A DNA stretch of 64,000 bases from Acidobacteriota bacterium (GCA_019244185.1 JAFATB010000012.1:118996-182995); one strand, 5' to 3'. Shown: positions 30,791-45,002, counted from the first letter of the stretch. Notes: generated by a model not told the origin, from the letters alone. Made by a program: numbers and translations.

Positions 30791-32189
30791 CTCCCGGCAG
30801 GTACTCCGGCTGTGGTTCGTAATTGAAGAACTTCGTGATGTCGTTGCGGAACACGAGCTTGAAGTCGCCGATCGGACCGTTGCGCTGTTTGGCGATGATG
30901 ATCTCGGCGATGCCCTTCTCTTCCGAGTCCTTGTTGTACACCTCATCGCGGTAGATGAAGGCGACGAGATCGGCGTCCTGCTCGATCGATCCCGACTCGC
31001 GGAGGTCGGAGAGCTGCGGACGGTGGTCGCCGGTGCGTTGCTCGGGACGGCGCGAGAGCTGCGAGAGCGAGAGCAGCGGCACGTTGAGCTCTTTCGCGAT
31101 CGCTTTCAGGCCGCGCGAGATCTGCGAGATTTCCTGCTGCCGCGATTCGATCTTGCCTTTGACCGACATGAGCTGCAGGTAGTCGACCATGATCATGTCG
31201 AGGCCCACTTCCATCTTGAGGCGCCGCGCCTTCGCGCGCATCTCGAGCGGGTCCATGCCCGGCGTGTCGTCGATGTAGATCTTTCCCTTCGACAGCCGCG
31301 CGCCCGCTTCGGCGAGATCGCGCCAGTTGCGCTCGGAGAGCATGCCGCTGCGGATGAGGTGATTCGATACGCCCGACTCCGACGACAGGATGCGCAGGCC
31401 GATCTGCTCTTTGGACATTTCTAGCGAGAAGACGCCGACGCCGTACAGCCGCTCGCCGCCGTTGCGCGGCAGGCCGTCTTTGCCCGGGATGGCGATCGAC
31501 TCGGCGATGTTCATCATGAACGAGGTCTTGCCCATCGAAGGCCGCGCCGCGAGGATGATGAGGTCCTGCGGCTGGAAGCCGGACGTCATCTCGTTGAAGC
31601 GGTCGTAGCCGGTGGGCAACCCCGTCACGAGGCGTCCCGCGTTCGCATGGATCTGCTCGATCGCGGACATGTTCTGGCGCGTGATGCGGTCGAGGCCGAC
31701 GAAGCCTTTGTCGGTGCTGCCTTCGGCGATTTCGTAGAGCGACTTCTCGGCGATGGTGAGCACTTCGCTCGGCTCGCTCGGCGCGTCGAGCGCCGCTCGC
31801 ATCACGCTGTTGCCCATGACGATGAGGCGCCGCAGCATCGACTTCTCTTTGACGATGTGCGCGTAGCGCTCGACGTTCGCGACGTCGGGCACGACGTCGA
31901 TGAGCGAGGAGATGAACGCGGCGCCGCCGACCTGCTCGAGCTGCGCGTGCTTCGCGAGCTCTTCCTTGAGCGTCAGCAGCTCGATCTCCAGACTCTGCTC
32001 CGCCATGCGGCGCATGGTCGCGAAGATCACGCGGTGCGCGTCGCGGAAGAAGTCATCGGTGTCGATCGTGCCGATGACGCGGTAGAAGGCGTGGTTGTTG
32101 AGGAGGATCGAGCCGAGGACCGCGCGCTCCGCATCCGGGCTCTGCGGCATGGGCCGATCGAGGGCTACGTCGAGTTGGGCAACGCTCAT
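30786..32189 (-). CDS. dnaB: Replicative DNA helicase
   Basis: AERAVLGSIL, AARPSMGKT, FSLEMS, VDYLQLM, SQLSR, DLRESGSIEQDAD, KQRNGP. Confidence 0.98.
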   Translation of the reverse strand: MSVAQLDVALDRPMPQSPDAERAVLGSILLNNHAFYRVIGTIDTDDFFRDAHRVIFATMRRMAEQSLEIELLTLKEELAKHAQLEQVGGAAFISSLIDVVPDVANVERYAHIVKEKSMLRRLIVMGNSVMRAALDAPSEPSEVLTIAEKSLYEIAEGSTDKGFVGLDRITRQNMSAIEQIHANAGRLVTGLPTGYDRFNEMTSGFQPQDLIILAARPSMGKTSFMMNIAESIAIPGKDGLPRNGGERLYGVGVFSLEMSKEQIGLRILSSESGVSNHLIRSGMLSERNWRDLAEAGARLSKGKIYIDDTPGMDPLEMRAKARRLKMEVGLDMIMVDYLQLMSVKGKIESRQQEISQISRGLKAIAKELNVPLLSLSQLSRRPEQRTGDHRPQLSDLRESGSIEQDADLVAFIYRDEVYNKDSEEKGIAEIIIAKQRNGPIGDFKLVFRNDITKFFNYEPQPEYLPGE

Positions 32190-32246
32190 TGGACGAGGAG
32201 CGCGATTCTACGAGGCGTAGTTCGCGCGGACGTGCGCATCCCCAGG

Positions 32247-32357
32247 TTTTCAACAGCGTCGCGGCGTCGTGCCTGACAGGAAATCCACAGGTGTGGAAAA
32301 CGCACGAATCATGTTGACACGAAAACGGCGCGGAATGCCTCTCCCCGCTGTGGGGTT
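32247..32357. promoter_or_regulatory. DnaA-box cluster upstream of dnaB
   Basis: TTTTCAACA (32247), AAATCCACA (32281), perfect TTTTCCACA on the minus strand (32292-32300), weaker TGTGGGGTT (32349). Confidence 0.55.
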
Positions 32358-32445
32358 GGTCAGCGCGTTCGCGGCGTGGCGGAACCTCGTCCGGCCGTGC
32401 CGCGTCTGAGACTTCGCGTTGTCAAACGAAGGGAGATTTCCGTCC

Positions 32446-33375
32446 ATGAAGCGATTCATCCTCGGTGCGCTGCTCGCCGCGCCGCTCGCAGCACAACAGC
32501 CCGCCGCCGCGCCCGCGGCCGCGCCGGCCGATCCGTCGAAGGTCGTCGTCGCCGAAGTCAACGGCGACCCGATCACGCAGGGGCAGCTGGACGTGCTCTG
32601 GTACCGCCTCAGCGAGAACATGCGCGACCAGTACCGCAAGAACGCGGGCGGCAAGCGCGGCCTGCTGCAGAACTACGTGGCCAAGCGCCTCATCGTGCAG
32701 GAAGCGGTGGCGAAGGGCTTCGACAAGCGCCCCGAGGTGCAGGCCGAGCTCGCGGCCACGCGCGAGTCGCAGCTGTTCGATCTCTACATCCGCGACGTCA
32801 TCGCCGCGCCGATCGTGAGCGAGGAGCAGGTGCGCGCGTTCTACGACGAGCACAAGACCAGCGAGTTCGTCTCGCCGCCGCGCGCGAAGGCGCGGCACAT
32901 CCTCGTGACCACGAAGAACCGTACGCCCGTCGAGGCGCGCGCGATCGTCGCGCAGCTGATGAGCGACCTGCAGCCGGTGCGGATGCAGGCCGCGACCGCC
33001 GGCAGCTTGAGTGCCTTCACGCAGAAGTTCGCCGACGCCGCGGCAAAAGTCTCCGAGGACGCTGCCACCGCGAAGAACGGCGGCGACCTCGGCTGGGTGA
33101 CCGCCGACTCGATCGATCCGAAGCTCGGCGACGCGATCTTCAACCTCAAGCCCGGCGCGATGAGCGGCATCGTCGAAGCGAACGACGGCTATCACCTCAT
33201 CTACGTCGAGGAGCAGGAGCCGCAGGACATCGTTCCCTACGAGCTCATTCGCCCCGCGGTCCGCGAGTTCCTCTTCAGCCAGAACACGGCCAAAGTGATG
33301 GACGCGGTCTCGAAGCGCTCCCTCGAGCTCCGCTCGGCGGGGAAGGTCGCGATCTACCCCGAGAAAGTGCAGTAG
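32446..33375 (+). CDS. Parvulin-type peptidyl-prolyl isomerase/foldase (PrsA/SurA-like)
   Basis: Signal peptide; VAEVNG..IT, ARHILV, F...A...SED....NGGDLGW, GYHLI. Confidence 0.9.
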   Translation: MKRFILGALLAAPLAAQQPAAAPAAAPADPSKVVVAEVNGDPITQGQLDVLWYRLSENMRDQYRKNAGGKRGLLQNYVAKRLIVQEAVAKGFDKRPEVQAELAATRESQLFDLYIRDVIAAPIVSEEQVRAFYDEHKTSEFVSPPRAKARHILVTTKNRTPVEARAIVAQLMSDLQPVRMQAATAGSLSAFTQKFADAAAKVSEDAATAKNGGDLGWVTADSIDPKLGDAIFNLKPGAMSGIVEANDGYHLIYVEEQEPQDIVPYELIRPAVREFLFSQNTAKVMDAVSKRSLELRSAGKVAIYPEKVQ

Positions 33376-33388
33376 CGCGCCGGTGGTG

Positions 33389-33422
33389 CCGTTCCGTGCT
33401 CGCGAGAGCGAGCACGGAACGG
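33389..33422. terminator. Perfect 15-bp hairpin between convergent genes
   Basis: CCGTTCCGTGCTCGC-GAGA-GCGAGCACGGAACGG; no U-tract. Confidence 0.6.
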
Positions 33423-33435
33423 GGGGCGGTGCGGA

Positions 33436-33720
33436 TTACGGTTTGACGACGATGTCGGGATCGTGAGTCTGTCCGTTGGCCGTAATTGAATACTTGTGCG
33501 TACGCTCGTCCGGGAATGGGCCGGTCTTCGCGTGATACGGCGCCGTGGACGAATGCTTCACGTCACTGTACCCGTCAATGTCGACGGTGAACGGGAAGTC
33601 TGCTTCGAAGCGGATCTTGTGATTGTTCTTCCGGACCTCGATCGGATCGTGATCGGGCACGGGCAGCCCGGTGCCATCGAGCGTAATGCGAACGGCTTTT
33701 TCAGGATGATCGTTAGCCAT
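33436..33720 (-). CDS. Small beta-rich protein ending in KYSI...DPDI (DP-EP-like)
   Basis: GGAGGAG SD; 94 aa; directly downstream of the kinase. Confidence 0.75.
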   Translation of the reverse strand: MANDHPEKAVRITLDGTGLPVPDHDPIEVRKNNHKIRFEADFPFTVDIDGYSDVKHSSTAPYHAKTGPFPDERTHKYSITANGQTHDPDIVVKP

Positions 33721-33740
33721 GCGGTAGCTCCTCCCTGCGG

Positions 33741-36353
<2,613 letters not shown>

Positions 36354-36465
36354 GAATGTCGTTGAACCGGAGTTGTCCCGGATTCTACTTGCTGAATGCG
36401 CCGCGAGAGTGCTTTTCTCCGGCGGCGTATAATCGCGGCCGTTCCCTTCGCAGGTGCGTGGTGTC

Positions 36466-37044
36466 ATGCGGCGCTGGACGGTCCCCATTGCGGCGATCTC
36501 CCTCCTGCTGACCGGAGCCTCGGCGCTCGCGGACGGGGAGCCTGCGGCCGTGCTCGTCCCGTGGAAGCTGCTCGTGCACGACGCGCACGAGGTGCCCGGC
36601 GACGCCGCGCTCGTCCTCTACTGGGTTCCGGCCTCGCCCGACGAGCTGCGGCACGCGGCGCTGCTCGCGTCGGCGGAGCTCGTCGCGGCCTCGCATTGCG
36701 TCGCGATGCGCGTCGTTCGTTCGGACGATGCGGAGATGCTCGAGCGGCTCGACGTCGAACAGTTGCCGGTGGCGGTGCTGGCGGATGGCGACGGTCACGT
36801 CGTCGCGCGCATCGAGAGCCGCAACGGCGTGCTGGGACTCGCGGACGTCGAAAGCATGGTTCGCAAGGCGCTCGAACGGCAGCGCGCCGCTGCCGAGGAA
36901 GCGCTCGACGACGCGGCGAAGCACGCGGATGCGGGCGAACGCGATGCGGCGGTCGTGTTGTACGAGCGCGTGGCGAAGCAGCGGTGCATCTGTCCGCGTC
37001 AGGCGCGCGACGCGCAGCGGGCGCTGCGCAAGATCCGGCAGTGA
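36466..37044 (+). CDS. Secreted hypothetical protein (thioredoxin-like fold plus helical tail, no CxxC)
   Basis: Signal peptide; LDVEQLPVAVLADGDG.VVARI Trx-like strand pattern. Confidence 0.65.
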   Translation: MRRWTVPIAAISLLLTGASALADGEPAAVLVPWKLLVHDAHEVPGDAALVLYWVPASPDELRHAALLASAELVAASHCVAMRVVRSDDAEMLERLDVEQLPVAVLADGDGHVVARIESRNGVLGLADVESMVRKALERQRAAAEEALDDAAKHADAGERDAAVVLYERVAKQRCICPRQARDAQRALRKIRQ

Positions 37045-37088
37045 GGGGAAAACGCGGAGCGGCGGGCGCCGCTCCGCGTGGGCAAAGG

Positions 37089-38252
37089 TTACGCTGCCTG
37101 TTCGAGCATCCGCACGGCGCGCTTCCAGTGACGGCGCGAGCGGCGGACGTGGCGCTTCGAGAGTCGCGTCTGCTGACGCCACGTCGCGAAGCCTTGCGCG
37201 CGCGCTTCGAGTCCGGCGCGCCAGAGTGCGACCGCGCGCTCGAGGTGACGCGTGGCCACGTTGAGGCGGCGGCGCGCTTCATCGGCGATCGTGCCGCGCG
37301 CGGTGGCGATCTTCTCCTGCACGAGGCCGATCGCGGCGCGCATGCGCGCCTGTTCGATCTGCGGCGCGGGCGTCGCGATGAGCGACTTCGCGAGACCGGT
37401 GAGGCGCAGCGCGCCGATCCACCACTTCGCCGGATCCCACTGGTACCAGCGGATGCCGTTGCGGAAGTCGGCGGGGAAGCGGTGATGGAACGAGTGATAG
37501 CCCTCGCCGAGCGTGACCAGCGCGACGAGCCAGTTGTCGCGCGCGGAGGCTTCCGCGTTGAACACCGGCTTGCCGAGGGTGTGCGCGAGCGAGTTGACGA
37601 AGAACGTGGTGTGGTGGATGACCACGATGCGGGCGAAACCGCCCCACAGCAGGCCGGCGATCGGATCGCCGAACGCCGCGCCGATGAGTGTCGGCACGCC
37701 GAAGCCGCCCACGATGAGGATCGCTTTGTGCCAGCGGTGCTGCCACATCACGATCTTGTTCGCGAGCAGGTCGGGCGCATTCGCGAACGTGTCGTCGCGC
37801 TGATCGTTGCGGTAGAAGATCCAGAGGATGTGCGCCCACCAGAAGCCGCGGCGGATGTTGTACGGATCCCAATCCTTGTCCGCGTACTTGTGATGCACGC
37901 GGTGGCTCGACGACCACCAGAGGATCGAGTTCTGCGCGGCCATCGCGCCGAAGAACGCGTAGAAGAGCTGCACCGGCCACGCGGCCTCGTAGCTCTTGTG
38001 CGAGAAGAAACGGTGGTAGCCGGCGCAGATCGAGATGCCGACCGCGCCGTACATGGCAACCATCAGGATCGGCATCCAGAGGTGAAAGCCGGCGTACCAG
38101 GTGTACGCGGCCGTGCCTGCGATTCCGATGACGGGCGTGAGGGTGAGGAAGAGAATGTTCACCCAGTCTTTTTGCGGCTGCTGCGTGTCGCTGATGATTC
38201 CACCTCCTGGAAGTGCTGCCGAGAACGTCCGGGGTCGCGAACGTATTCGCAT
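37089..38252 (-). CDS. Acyl-CoA (delta-9) desaturase
   Basis: His boxes GYHRFFSH, HRVHH, GEGYHSFHH; DFRNGIRWYQWDP. True start may be ATC 38195. Confidence 0.92.
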   Translation of the reverse strand: MRIRSRPRTFSAALPGGGIISDTQQPQKDWVNILFLTLTPVIGIAGTAAYTWYAGFHLWMPILMVAMYGAVGISICAGYHRFFSHKSYEAAWPVQLFYAFFGAMAAQNSILWWSSSHRVHHKYADKDWDPYNIRRGFWWAHILWIFYRNDQRDDTFANAPDLLANKIVMWQHRWHKAILIVGGFGVPTLIGAAFGDPIAGLLWGGFARIVVIHHTTFFVNSLAHTLGKPVFNAEASARDNWLVALVTLGEGYHSFHHRFPADFRNGIRWYQWDPAKWWIGALRLTGLAKSLIATPAPQIEQARMRAAIGLVQEKIATARGTIADEARRRLNVATRHLERAVALWRAGLEARAQGFATWRQQTRLSKRHVRRSRRHWKRAVRMLEQAA

Positions 38253-38289
38253 TCAACCACGATGAGCGACGGTCGTGTCGCGAATGTTG

Positions 38290-39957
<1,668 letters not shown>

Positions 39958-39976
39958 GAGAGGATTCTATGACGTT

Positions 39977-40741
39977 ATGCCCGATCTGAAGGTCCGCGCC
40001 GCCGAAGTCAACAAGCGTCTGAAGAAACGCCATCCGGACGCGCACATCGAGCTCGACTTCATGAACGCGTTCGAGCTCCTCATCGCGACCATCCTGGCCG
40101 CGCAGTCGACGGACGTGCGCGTCAACATCGTCACGAAGTCGCTCTTCCGCAAGTACCCCGATCCCGCCGCGTTCGCGAACGCGAACCTCGTGGAGATGGA
40201 GACCGACGTCAAGCAGACCGGCTTCTTCCGCAACAAGGCGAAGGCGGTGATCAACTGCTCGAAGGCGATCGTGGAACGCCACGGCGGCGAGGTGCCGCAG
40301 ACGATGGAAAAGCTCGTCGAGCTCCCCGGCGTCGGACGCAAGACCGCGAACGTGGTCCTCGGCAATGCGTTCGGCAAGAACGTCGGCATCGTGGTCGACA
40401 CGCACGTGACGCGCGTCTCAGGACGCCTCGGCCTCACCGCGAGCGCCGATCCCGTCGTCATCGAACAGGACCTCATGCCGCTCGTGCCGCGCAAGGAATG
40501 GACGATCTTCGCGCATCGCCTGATCTTTCACGGCCGGCGCACGTGCCACGCGCGCAAGCCGGACTGCGAGTCGTGCGTGCTGAACGATTTCTGTCCCAGT
40601 GTTGAAATTACGGCCGATCGACCGTCCCCTGCTTCGTCCACGGGCCGCAGCGCGCGAGCCGCCACGCCGTCTTCAGCGAGCCCTTCGCAAAGCCGTACTT
40701 CACGATCGCCTCGCGGCCGTAAGCCGAGCAAGTCGGTCTGA
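39977..40741 (+). CDS. nth: Endonuclease III
   Basis: LIATILAAQSTD, HhH LPGVGRKTANVV, VDTHV, C..RKP.C..C.L...C Fe-S motif. Confidence 0.95.
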   Translation: MPDLKVRAAEVNKRLKKRHPDAHIELDFMNAFELLIATILAAQSTDVRVNIVTKSLFRKYPDPAAFANANLVEMETDVKQTGFFRNKAKAVINCSKAIVERHGGEVPQTMEKLVELPGVGRKTANVVLGNAFGKNVGIVVDTHVTRVSGRLGLTASADPVVIEQDLMPLVPRKEWTIFAHRLIFHGRRTCHARKPDCESCVLNDFCPSVEITADRPSPASSTGRSARAATPSSASPSQSRTSRSPRGRKPSKSV

Positions 40742-40916
40742 AGCGGCAGCGCACGACGCCGCGCAGATGCGGCGAGACATGCGCGCGGTATTCGTCGATG
40801 GCCAGGATCGCGCCGCGCGCGGCGAGGCCGCGGCCGTGGGGCACGGCAACGTCGTGGAGAGTGACCGCGGCGACGACGAGCGCGGCCAGCGTCGCCAGAA
40901 AGCGCAGCCGCGTCAT
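40608..40916 (-). CDS. yidD: Membrane protein insertion efficiency factor YidD-like
   Basis: CRFRPTCSAY..EAI.KYG..KG......RLARCGPW...G.VD; ATGA-coupled to mazG. Confidence 0.85.
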   Translation of the reverse strand: MTRLRFLATLAALVVAAVTLHDVAVPHGRGLAARGAILAIDEYRAHVSPHLRGVVRCRFRPTCSAYGREAIVKYGFAKGSLKTAWRLARCGPWTKQGTVDRP

Positions 40917-41689
40917 TGTGTCTTCGCGTCCTCCCACAGCGCATCCATCTCCTCGAGCGTCAGCTGATCGATGTTCTGCCCGCGCTCGTGCACGCGCGTC
41001 TCCATGTGCGTGAAGCGCGACTGGAACTTGCGGTTCGTCGACTGCAGCGCTTCCTCCGCGTTCACGTTCACCTTGCGCGCGATGTTCGCGATCGTGAAGA
41101 GGAGATCGCCGATCTCCTCGTGGATGTTCGCGGCATCGCCCGCGGCGACGGCGGCGCGCAGCTCGGCCATCTCTTCATCGAGCTTGTCGAAGACGTCGTC
41201 CGTGCGGCGCCAGTCGAAGCCGACGCGCGCGGCTTTCTCGGTGAGGCGCGACGCCTTGAGCAGCGCCGGCAGCGACTGCGGCACGCCGGAGAGCACGGAC
41301 TTGTTCTCCGCCTTGCGCTCGTCGCGCTTGAGCTTCTCCCAGTTGACGAGCACCTGTTCCGCGTCGTCGGCCTGCGCGTCGCCGAAGACATGCGGATGGC
41401 GGCGCACGAGCTTGTCGTGGATCGCGGTGATGGAGTCGTAGATGTCGAACGTCCCTTCCTCGCGCGTGATCTCGGCGACGAACACCGCTTCGAGCAGCAG
41501 GTCGCCGATCTCCTCGAGCAGCGCCGCGCGGTCGTCGCGATCGATCGCGTCGACGACCTCGTACGCTTCCTCGATGACGTACGGTTTGAGGTCGGGCAGC
41601 GTTTGCTTGCGGTCCCACGGACAGCCGTCCGGGCCGCGCAGCGTCGTCATCAACCGGACCAGATCGTCGAACGTTTTCTTCTGCGGCAT
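40913..41689 (-). CDS. mazG: Nucleoside triphosphate pyrophosphohydrolase
   Basis: LR..DGCPWD..QT, EEAYEV, EEIGDLL, RRHPHVFG, GFDW, second EEIGDLLF. Confidence 0.95.
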   Translation of the reverse strand: MPQKKTFDDLVRLMTTLRGPDGCPWDRKQTLPDLKPYVIEEAYEVVDAIDRDDRAALLEEIGDLLLEAVFVAEITREEGTFDIYDSITAIHDKLVRRHPHVFGDAQADDAEQVLVNWEKLKRDERKAENKSVLSGVPQSLPALLKASRLTEKAARVGFDWRRTDDVFDKLDEEMAELRAAVAAGDAANIHEEIGDLLFTIANIARKVNVNAEEALQSTNRKFQSRFTHMETRVHERGQNIDQLTLEEMDALWEDAKTQ

Positions 41690-41740
41690 GGCGCGCATTT
41701 TATGAGAGACCGTTCTGCTAGCATGTCCGCCGGAATCCCA

Positions 41741-44700
41741 ATGCGCGATCAGGTCCTCATCGTTGCGGCGGAGCACGCGGCCGAGACCCCCGCCGAGATC
41801 GCGCGTGCTCTCCGCTACACGCCGGTCATCGCCGGCACGGAAGCCGAGGCGTTCGCGCTCATCGACCGCGAGCCGTTTCGCCTCATCGCCGTGAGCAGCG
41901 ACTCCGCGTGGCGGCGCGTTCGAGACGCGGCGGAGAGCAAACAGCCGATGACGCGCGTGCTCGAATTGCCCGCGAGCGCCAGCGACGACGCGGTCATCCG
42001 TCAGCTGATGGTGCGTTATCTCTCGCCCGCGTCGTCCGACCGCGCGCGCTTCACGACGGAAGAGCGCTATCGCTTTCTGTCGAACATTCTCGAGACCTTC
42101 ACCGGCACGCTCGAACTGCGCGAGGTGCTGCGCCGCATCGTCGTCGTGACGCGCGAGCAGTTCGGCGCGGACCGCGCGTGGCTGCTGCATCCCGTGCACG
42201 AGCAGGCGGAGTTCGCGAAAGTCGCGTTCACGACCGCGGCGCCGGGCGCGGAAGGCGATCTCACGGACACCGGTCCCGTGCCGCTCACCGGCTCGCGCGC
42301 GCTGATCCGCCGCGCGATGGAGACGCCGCATCCCGTCGTCGTGATGGCGAACGACGCCGACCTCGACCCCGAGCTCGCGCAGCGCTTCCAGATCGAGTCC
42401 GCGATCATGCAGGTGCTGCGTCCGCGCGAAGAAGAGCCATGGGCGTTCGGCATGCACCACTGCGACGCGCGCCGCGAGTGGACAGACGAGGAAGTCTCGC
42501 TCTTCCACGAGATCGGCCGCTACGCCACGCTCGCGCTCAACAACACGCTGCTGCACAACCGCTCCGTGCGCGAGATGGCGAAGGTCAACGCGATCCTCGA
42601 CCAGATCCCCGAATCCGCCGCGATCTACGACGCGCACGGCAAGCTCGAACGGATGAACGCGGCCGCGCAACGCGAGCCGGCCGTGCTCTTCACGCCCGAT
42701 CCCGACGGCCGCGTGCGCGGCAACCGCCATCGCTACATCGATGGGAGTCCGCTGTCGGCCGAAGAGCTGCCGTCGATGCGCGCGCTGCGCGGCGAGCTCG
42801 TGAAGTCCGACTACCTCGTGCACGACGTGCGCTCGAACGACGACCGCGTCGTGAACCTCAAGGCCGCGCCGATCCGCGACACCGACGGCCGCATCGTCGG
42901 CTCGGTCGTGCTCTCGCGCGACGTCACCGACGAGCGCCAGAACGCGGAGCGCGAGGCGCGCCGCCGCAAACGCGCCGAAGCGCTCGCCGACCTCGGCCTC
43001 GAAGTCGTGGCCATGGAAGCGAGCTTCGACAACCTCGACGTCCCCGCCGCGCGCATCGCGCAGGCCGTGGCCGGCATGGTGCGCATCTACGTCTATCACC
43101 CCGTCACCGGCATGCTCGATCTCGTCGGCTTCGCCGCGACCGACAAGGAGAGCGCGCAGTTCCGCGACTACTACACGCGCAATCCGTATCGTCCCGGCGA
43201 AGGCTTGCCCGGCACGGTCTTCCAGATCGGACGCCCGCTGCTCTTCTTCGAAGTCCGCGGCGATGCGCTGCTCGACTTCGCGCGCGACGAGCAAGAGCGC
43301 GCCGTGAAGGCGGCGCTGCAGGAGCAGAGCCTCATCGCGACGCCCATCGAGTCGTACGGCGAGCGCGTCGGCGCCGTCGTAATCTCGCAGAACGATCCGC
43401 GCCGCAACTTCGACGCCGAGGATCTCGAGTTCGCGCAATCGGTCGCCGAACGCCTCGGCGCCGCGAGCCACATTCACCGCCTCACCCGCATCGCGCAGGA
43501 CGGCCATCGCGCGGCCGAAGAGCTGGCGCGGCGCGAAGTCGACGCGCGCGTGCGCTTCGAGGCCGTGCTCGAAAGCGCGCCGATCGGCATCGCCGTCATC
43601 TCCGCCGACGAGCTGCGCTTCGAGCTCGCCAACGCGCGCTTCGTCGACTACGCCGCGGAGTTCGGCAAGATCTCGTTCGACACGCGCCTCATCACGCTGC
43701 GCGCGGATGAAGTGCTGCCCGACGTCGAAGGCATCCTCAAACAGGTCGCGGATTCCGCCGAGCCGCGCGTCGACGTGGAGCTCGTCGTCGGCAAGCGCTA
43801 CGTCAATCGCATCATCTCGCCGGCGCGCGGCCGCTTCTCCGGCATCACGCAGAGCCTCACGGTGCTCGTGCAGGACGTCACCGATCAGGTGCGCGCGCGT
43901 CGCGAGATCGAAGACCTCGCCACGCAGATGGCCGAGCGCTCCGCGCGTCTCGACTCGATCCTCGGCTCGATGACGGACGGCCTGTGGGTCTACGACGCGA
44001 ACGCGCGCGTCGTCGACGTGAACCAGGCCGCGCTGAACATGTTCGGCCTCGCGTCGCGCGCGGAGGCGATCGAGCACGGTCGCTTCGACAAGCTCGATCT
44101 CCGCGACTCCGACGGCCGCGCCATCGCAGACTCCGAGATGCCGTACGCGCGCGCGCTCGCCGGGCAGACCGTTCCCGACTACCTCGCCGTCGGCAAGCAC
44201 CTCATCACCGGACGCGATCTCGATCTCTCGATCGCCGCGGCGCCGATCGAGAGCAAAGGCATCGTCGGCGCCGTGCTCGTGATCCGCGACATCACGGCGC
44301 TACAGGAGCTCGACCGCAAGAAAGACGAGTTCCTCTCTGTCGCCTCGCACGAGCTGCGCACGCCGCTCACGACGATCAAGGGCTACACGCAGCTGCTCGC
44401 GCAGACGGTCAACGATCTCGCGCCCGAAGAGCGCGCGACGTACATCAACGCGGTGCTCGGCGAGATCGAGCGGATGATGGGCCTCATCTCGGAACTGCTC
44501 GACGTCTCCCGCATCGAGACGAACCGCCTGCAGATCCATCCGCAGACGATCCGCTGGATCGAGTTCATCGAAGGGCGCGTCTCCGCGTTCCGCGTGCAGC
44601 ATCCGACGCGCGACATGCGCTTCGACGCGCACGCCGCGGAGTCGCTCGTCATCGCCGATCCCGATCGCATGCGCCAGGTCGTCGACAACCTGCTGTCGAA

Positions 44701-44998
44701 CGCGCTGAAGTATTCGCCGGAAGGCAGCGACATCGAGGTGCGCGTCGCCGAAGAAGAGGGCGTGATGCGCACGTCCGTGAGCGATCGCGGCATCGGCATT
44801 CCGAGAGACGAGATCCCGCAGCTCTTCGAGCGCTTCCACCGCGCGCGCAATGTCTCGAGCCGCTACTACGGCGGCCTGGGACTCGGCCTCTACATCGCCC
44901 GCGCGATCGTCGAAGCGCACGGCGGCGTGATCACGGTCGAGAGCGAAGAAGGCTCGGGGTCGACGTTCACGATGACGTTGCCGTTGAAGACCACGTAA
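41741..44998 (+). CDS. Cytoplasmic multi-sensor histidine kinase (GAF-PAS-GAF-PAS-PAS-HisKA-HATPase)
   Basis: SHELRTPLT, NLLSNALKYS, DRGIGI, FERFHR, GLGLGL; no TM; start 41723 or 41741. Confidence 0.92.
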   Translation: MRDQVLIVAAEHAAETPAEIARALRYTPVIAGTEAEAFALIDREPFRLIAVSSDSAWRRVRDAAESKQPMTRVLELPASASDDAVIRQLMVRYLSPASSDRARFTTEERYRFLSNILETFTGTLELREVLRRIVVVTREQFGADRAWLLHPVHEQAEFAKVAFTTAAPGAEGDLTDTGPVPLTGSRALIRRAMETPHPVVVMANDADLDPELAQRFQIESAIMQVLRPREEEPWAFGMHHCDARREWTDEEVSLFHEIGRYATLALNNTLLHNRSVREMAKVNAILDQIPESAAIYDAHGKLERMNAAAQREPAVLFTPDPDGRVRGNRHRYIDGSPLSAEELPSMRALRGELVKSDYLVHDVRSNDDRVVNLKAAPIRDTDGRIVGSVVLSRDVTDERQNAEREARRRKRAEALADLGLEVVAMEASFDNLDVPAARIAQAVAGMVRIYVYHPVTGMLDLVGFAATDKESAQFRDYYTRNPYRPGEGLPGTVFQIGRPLLFFEVRGDALLDFARDEQERAVKAALQEQSLIATPIESYGERVGAVVISQNDPRRNFDAEDLEFAQSVAERLGAASHIHRLTRIAQDGHRAAEELARREVDARVRFEAVLESAPIGIAVISADELRFELANARFVDYAAEFGKISFDTRLITLRADEVLPDVEGILKQVADSAEPRVDVELVVGKRYVNRIISPARGRFSGITQSLTVLVQDVTDQVRARREIEDLATQMAERSARLDSILGSMTDGLWVYDANARVVDVNQAALNMFGLASRAEAIEHGRFDKLDLRDSDGRAIADSEMPYARALAGQTVPDYLAVGKHLITGRDLDLSIAAAPIESKGIVGAVLVIRDITALQELDRKKDEFLSVASHELRTPLTTIKGYTQLLAQTVNDLAPEERATYINAVLGEIERMMGLISELLDVSRIETNRLQIHPQTIRWIEFIEGRVSAFRVQHPTRDMRFDAHAAESLVIADPDRMRQVVDNLLSNALKYSPEGSDIEVRVAEEEGVMRTSVSDRGIGIPRDEIPQLFERFHRARNVSSRYYGGLGLGLYIARAIVEAHGGVITVESEEGSGSTFTMTLPLKTT

Positions 44999-45002
44999 GC
45001 GG

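Noticed and set aside
30365-30946. Three overlapping ORFs in the nfeD-dnaB gap
   Set aside because: Atypical codon usage and no motifs; better explained as a regulatory spacer.
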